A stretch of 18,171 nucleotides of DNA from positions 1 to 18,171 of the forward strand of contig JBHHXT010000094.1 of NCBI GenBank assembly GCA_046757165.1. The letters are read 5' to 3'. Origin of the DNA: a bacterium. Its GTDB lineage: Bacteria > Zhuqueibacterota > Zhuqueibacteria > Oceanimicrobiales > Oceanimicrobiaceae. Shown piece after piece: positions 15,168-18,171 of the stretch. Both the position numbers and the translations under genes were made by a program. Each line of letters starts with the position of its first letter. Position 1 is the stretch's first letter. The notes under the pieces are model-generated. The model saw nothing but the letters and a program-made list of their open reading frames with translations. It was not told the DNA's origin and did not search any database.

Positions 15168-17180
15168 ATGAAAACGATCCGCATATTTCTGATTTTCTCC
15201 TTCATCTTGCTGGCCGCCTGCGCCAGGCAGGAGTCCGGCATCGATGTAGCGAGTCTTGACCAAACGGTGCGACCTCAAGATGATTTCTATCGCTATGTCA
15301 ATGGCAATTGGTTGACAAAGACGGAGATTCCACCAGACAAGTCGGACTATGGCTCCTTTACCGTCCTATTTGATAAGAGCGAAATGAATCTGAAGGCCAT
15401 TATCGAGCAGGCGGCCGAACAACCGAACAAGAAGGCCGGCTCTGAAGTGCAGAAAGTGGGGGATTTCTATCTGAGCTACATCGATTCGGCCCGGGTCGAA
15501 GAGCTCGCTCTGCAGCCCGTGGAGGACGAACTGGAGCGTATCAAAAACTTGAAGAGCAAGACAGAGGTGCTCAAACATTTCGCTTATCTGCAAAAGGTCG
15601 GAACGCAGGTTCCATTCAAGTTTTTTGTGGACCAGGACTTGAAGAAATCAAATGAATACATCGGCTATTTGGCGCAGTCCGGGCTTGGGCTACCCGACCG
15701 AGAGTACTATTTCAAGAAGGAAAATAGGTTCAAGACCATCCGCGAAAAATACCGCGCATACATCAAGAAAATTTTCACGCTGACCGGGGCTAAAGATGTT
15801 GACGAAAAGGTCGAGCGCATTGTGGAAATTGAAACTGAGATCGCGAAGAATCACTGGACGCGTGTGCAAAACCGTGACCCTCACAGGACTTACAACAAAT
15901 TCGAGCTGGCGCGACTGAAGAAGCTGACGCCCGCTTTTGATTGGGGGCGGTTTCTGGAAGAAACTGGCGTCGAGAATGTCGATGCGCTCATCGTGCAGCA
16001 GCCGAGCTATTTTCAGGAGTTCAACACCATCTTCAATCTGGTCTCGACGGCAGACTGGAAAACCTACCTGACGTGGAAACTACTCGATGGCGCAGCACCG
16101 TTGCTCAATGCAGAGTTCGCCGCCGCACACTTCGATTTCCGTCGCAAGACATTGAGTGGCGTTGAGACCATGCGGCCGCGCTGGAAACGTGCCGTGGCGG
16201 CAGTTGACGCCTCCTTGGGCGAAGTGGTGGGCAAGATCTATGTCTCGAAACACTTCAAGCGCACGGCCAAACGACGCATGCAAAAGATGGTGGACAATCT
16301 CAAGTTCGCCTTTAAGGAAAGGATCGAGGGGTTGGAATGGATGCGTGAGGAAACCAAACAGGAAGCATTGGCCAAACTGGAAAGATTCAACACCAAGATT
16401 GGTTACCCGGACAAGTGGAAAGACTATTCCGCCCTGGAGATCAGCAAGGATGATCTGGTTGGCAACGTCAAGCGCTCGAACCTCGTCGAGTACCAACGCA
16501 TGATCGCCAAACTCGAACAACCCGTCGACCGCGACGAATGGTTCATGACGCCGCAGACGGTCAGTGCGTGCTACAACCCGCCGATGAACGAGGTCGTTTT
16601 TCCGGCCGCGATTTTACAACCACCCTTTTTCAACCTCGCGGCTGACGATGCTGTCAACTACGGCGCCATCGGCGCGGTCATCGGCCATGAAATCAGCCAC
16701 GCCTTCGATGACCAGGGACGCAAAACCGACGGCGAGGGCAACCTGCGCGATTGGTGGACCAGAGAAGACGAAGCGGAATTCAAGAAACGTGCCCGGGCAA
16801 TTGTCAAACAGTATGCCAAGTACCGGCCCATCGATTCTATGCCGGTAAACGGCAAGCTGACTCTGGGCGAAAACATCGGTGACCTGGCCGGGCTGACTGT
16901 CGCATACAAAGCCTACAAAAGGTCACTCAAGGGCAGAAAAGCGCCCATCATCGACGGCTTCACCGGGGACCAGCGCTTCTTTATTGGCTGGGCGCAGGTG
17001 TGGCGGTGCAAGTATCGCGATGACGAGCTGCGGCGCCGGCTTCTCACCGACCCCCATGCACCGGGTGAGTGTCGTACAAATGGTGTGGTGGCAAACATGC
17101 CGGAATTTTATGAAGCGTTTGAGGTCAAGGAAGGAGACGGGCTCTACAAACCGCCGGAGTCGCGGGTGAATATCTGGTGA
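15168..17180 (+). CDS. M13 family zinc metallopeptidase (PepO/neprilysin/ECE-like), lipoprotein
   Basis: Preferred start is ATG 15168 (AAGGGTGA upstream). Lipobox LAAC. Motifs PQDDFYRYVNGNW, GLGLPDREYY, KIGYPD, FPAAILQPPFF, NYGAIGAVIGHEISHAFDDQG (HExxH at 16686-16700), GENIGD, DPHAP, and C-terminal RVNIW. Confidence 0.96.
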   Translation: MKTIRIFLIFSFILLAACARQESGIDVASLDQTVRPQDDFYRYVNGNWLTKTEIPPDKSDYGSFTVLFDKSEMNLKAIIEQAAEQPNKKAGSEVQKVGDFYLSYIDSARVEELALQPVEDELERIKNLKSKTEVLKHFAYLQKVGTQVPFKFFVDQDLKKSNEYIGYLAQSGLGLPDREYYFKKENRFKTIREKYRAYIKKIFTLTGAKDVDEKVERIVEIETEIAKNHWTRVQNRDPHRTYNKFELARLKKLTPAFDWGRFLEETGVENVDALIVQQPSYFQEFNTIFNLVSTADWKTYLTWKLLDGAAPLLNAEFAAAHFDFRRKTLSGVETMRPRWKRAVAAVDASLGEVVGKIYVSKHFKRTAKRRMQKMVDNLKFAFKERIEGLEWMREETKQEALAKLERFNTKIGYPDKWKDYSALEISKDDLVGNVKRSNLVEYQRMIAKLEQPVDRDEWFMTPQTVSACYNPPMNEVVFPAAILQPPFFNLAADDAVNYGAIGAVIGHEISHAFDDQGRKTDGEGNLRDWWTREDEAEFKKRARAIVKQYAKYRPIDSMPVNGKLTLGENIGDLAGLTVAYKAYKRSLKGRKAPIIDGFTGDQRFFIGWAQVWRCKYRDDELRRRLLTDPHAPGECRTNGVVANMPEFYEAFEVKEGDGLYKPPESRVNIW

Positions 17181-17190
17181 GAAACGTGAT

Positions 17191-17222
17191 GCGACGCACC
17201 TCCGAAGTGCGAGGTGCGTCGC
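17191..17222. repeat. Perfect 12-bp hairpin just after the M13 gene (REP-like or terminator-like)
   Basis: GCGACGCACCTC-cgaagtgc-GAGGTGCGTCGC, 10 bp after the stop. No U-tract follows. Confidence 0.7.
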
Positions 17223-17436
17223 GTTGCTCAAACGCTAGCGTTATCCATTCTTCGACACCGGGACAAACCATCCTCCCACGCCGCTTCCGGCATTGAGCTC
17301 CACACCAGACCAAAACATCCGCAGTCATGCACGCAGAACCGCTTCCCCGGAGGGCGCGACCGTGGCAGTCTGCGCCACCAGTTCAGCCCAGGATTTTATC
17401 TCTCTTCTTTTTGGCAATTTGCACGTATAGTTATGT

Positions 17437-18033
17437 ATGCTCAACAAACGTTATGACAAACATTCACAGCACAGAACGAGAGGACTCTGGGTGAGCCGGG
17501 AGGTCAAGCACGCTTGCGCTGTGTTGGGGTTAGACGAACTCCCGACCCTCGAGGCGCTCAAGAAGGCATACAAGCTCATGGTCAAGCAGTGGCACCCCGA
17601 CCGGTTTCACAACAACCAGGAAATGGAGCAACTGGCCGTTGAAAAGACGCAGCGCATCAATGTCGCCTACCGCCTTTTGTTGAGCAAGCTCGAAGAGGGC
17701 GCGACGCATGTGGCCCCAAACGGAAAATCGCGCCGGCCCAAAACCAGGAACACGCGCCACCAGTATGCCTGGCAGACCTACTCCGACGGCTTTCCAAATC
17801 CCAGGGTCACCGAATTCTTCCTGAATTCATCCCACATCGTCTCTGCCGGGTATGACAAGATGAAAAAAATCTTATATCTGAAATTCCTGGGTGACGAAAT
17901 CTACTTGTACTACGATGTGCCCTGTTTCATTTTTGAGCATTTGCTGATGGCGGGATCACCGGGGAAATATGCGTTGAAATTCATCTACGACCGCTACAGG
18001 CATCGAAAATTTACACCATTGATTCGCAAGTAG
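17437..18033 (+). CDS. J-domain (DnaJ-type, HPD) protein fused to a C-terminal KTSC domain
   Basis: AVLGL...LKKAYKLMVKQWHPDRF...TQRINVAYRLL is a J-domain (HPD at 17593-17601). After a basic linker, NSSHIVSAGYDKMKKILYLKF...YLYYDVP...FEHLLMAGSPGKY...FI matches the KTSC pattern. Alternative start is GTG 17491, after GAGGA. Confidence 0.88.
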   Translation: MLNKRYDKHSQHRTRGLWVSREVKHACAVLGLDELPTLEALKKAYKLMVKQWHPDRFHNNQEMEQLAVEKTQRINVAYRLLLSKLEEGATHVAPNGKSRRPKTRNTRHQYAWQTYSDGFPNPRVTEFFLNSSHIVSAGYDKMKKILYLKFLGDEIYLYYDVPCFIFEHLLMAGSPGKYALKFIYDRYRHRKFTPLIRK

Positions 18034-18171
18034 TCGTGATCCTACACAGTTTGCACCTGTACTACAAACCTGCAACATTGCGTTCTTTTGACAGTTTCTT
18101 GCAAGCCCCAGATTCGATCGAAAGCATAACCTGCGCTGCCATTCAACGCACTTAAATTGATTAACATAAAT

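Noticed and set aside
17191..17222. Rho-independent terminator call for the hairpin after M13
   Set aside because: No U-tract on either strand, so it is kept only as a REP-like hairpin.
17230..17430. Riboswitch/ncRNA or small ORF (17214..17456) upstream of the J-KTSC gene
   Set aside because: No recognisable conserved motif, SD or protein signature by eye. An Rfam scan would be needed.
16560..17520. Scattered Tyr-to-Cys or Asn-to-Ser-like (A-to-G) deviations suggesting DGR-type or editing mutagenesis
   Set aside because: Too few sites, no template/variable repeat pair and no reverse transcriptase in the window.

Overview
Chromosomal, non-phage bacterial window. The QNYPNPFNP/FlgD-Ig C-terminal sorting domain suggests an FCB-related lineage such as KSB1, Calditrichota or Ignavibacteria (inference only). 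I support 11 CDSs. (1) A ~1212-aa secreted S8 subtilase fused to an FN3-like segment, a 7-repeat FG-GAP propeller with an ASPIC/UnbV domain, and a T9SS-like CTD; minus strand, missed by the ORF track because it runs off the left edge. (2) Divergent from it, a membrane CHASE2 sensor fused to a sigma54-type AAA+ activator whose GAFTGA loop is degenerate (GSLTGA). (3) A secreted FecR-like/TPR protein. (4-9) A minus-strand run: group II PLP decarboxylase, DUF4870 protein, SDR, flavin monooxygenase, paraoxonase-like enzyme and exported acetamidase/formamidase. (10) An M13 lipoprotein peptidase. (11) A J-domain/KTSC fusion. Nearly every intergenic spacer holds small palindromic REP-like or MITE-like elements from several unrelated families. 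One is a clean three-layer nest: a REP hairpin inside a 133-bp MITE with a TAAA target duplication, inserted into the loop of a REP doublet. No transposase, CRISPR array, tRNA or rRNA was seen. The best candidates for an undescribed system are the CHASE2-activator/FecR-TPR/protease module, the SDR-FMO-PON-amidase run and the J-KTSC fusion. All functional readings are inferences from manual motif recognition; no searches were run.
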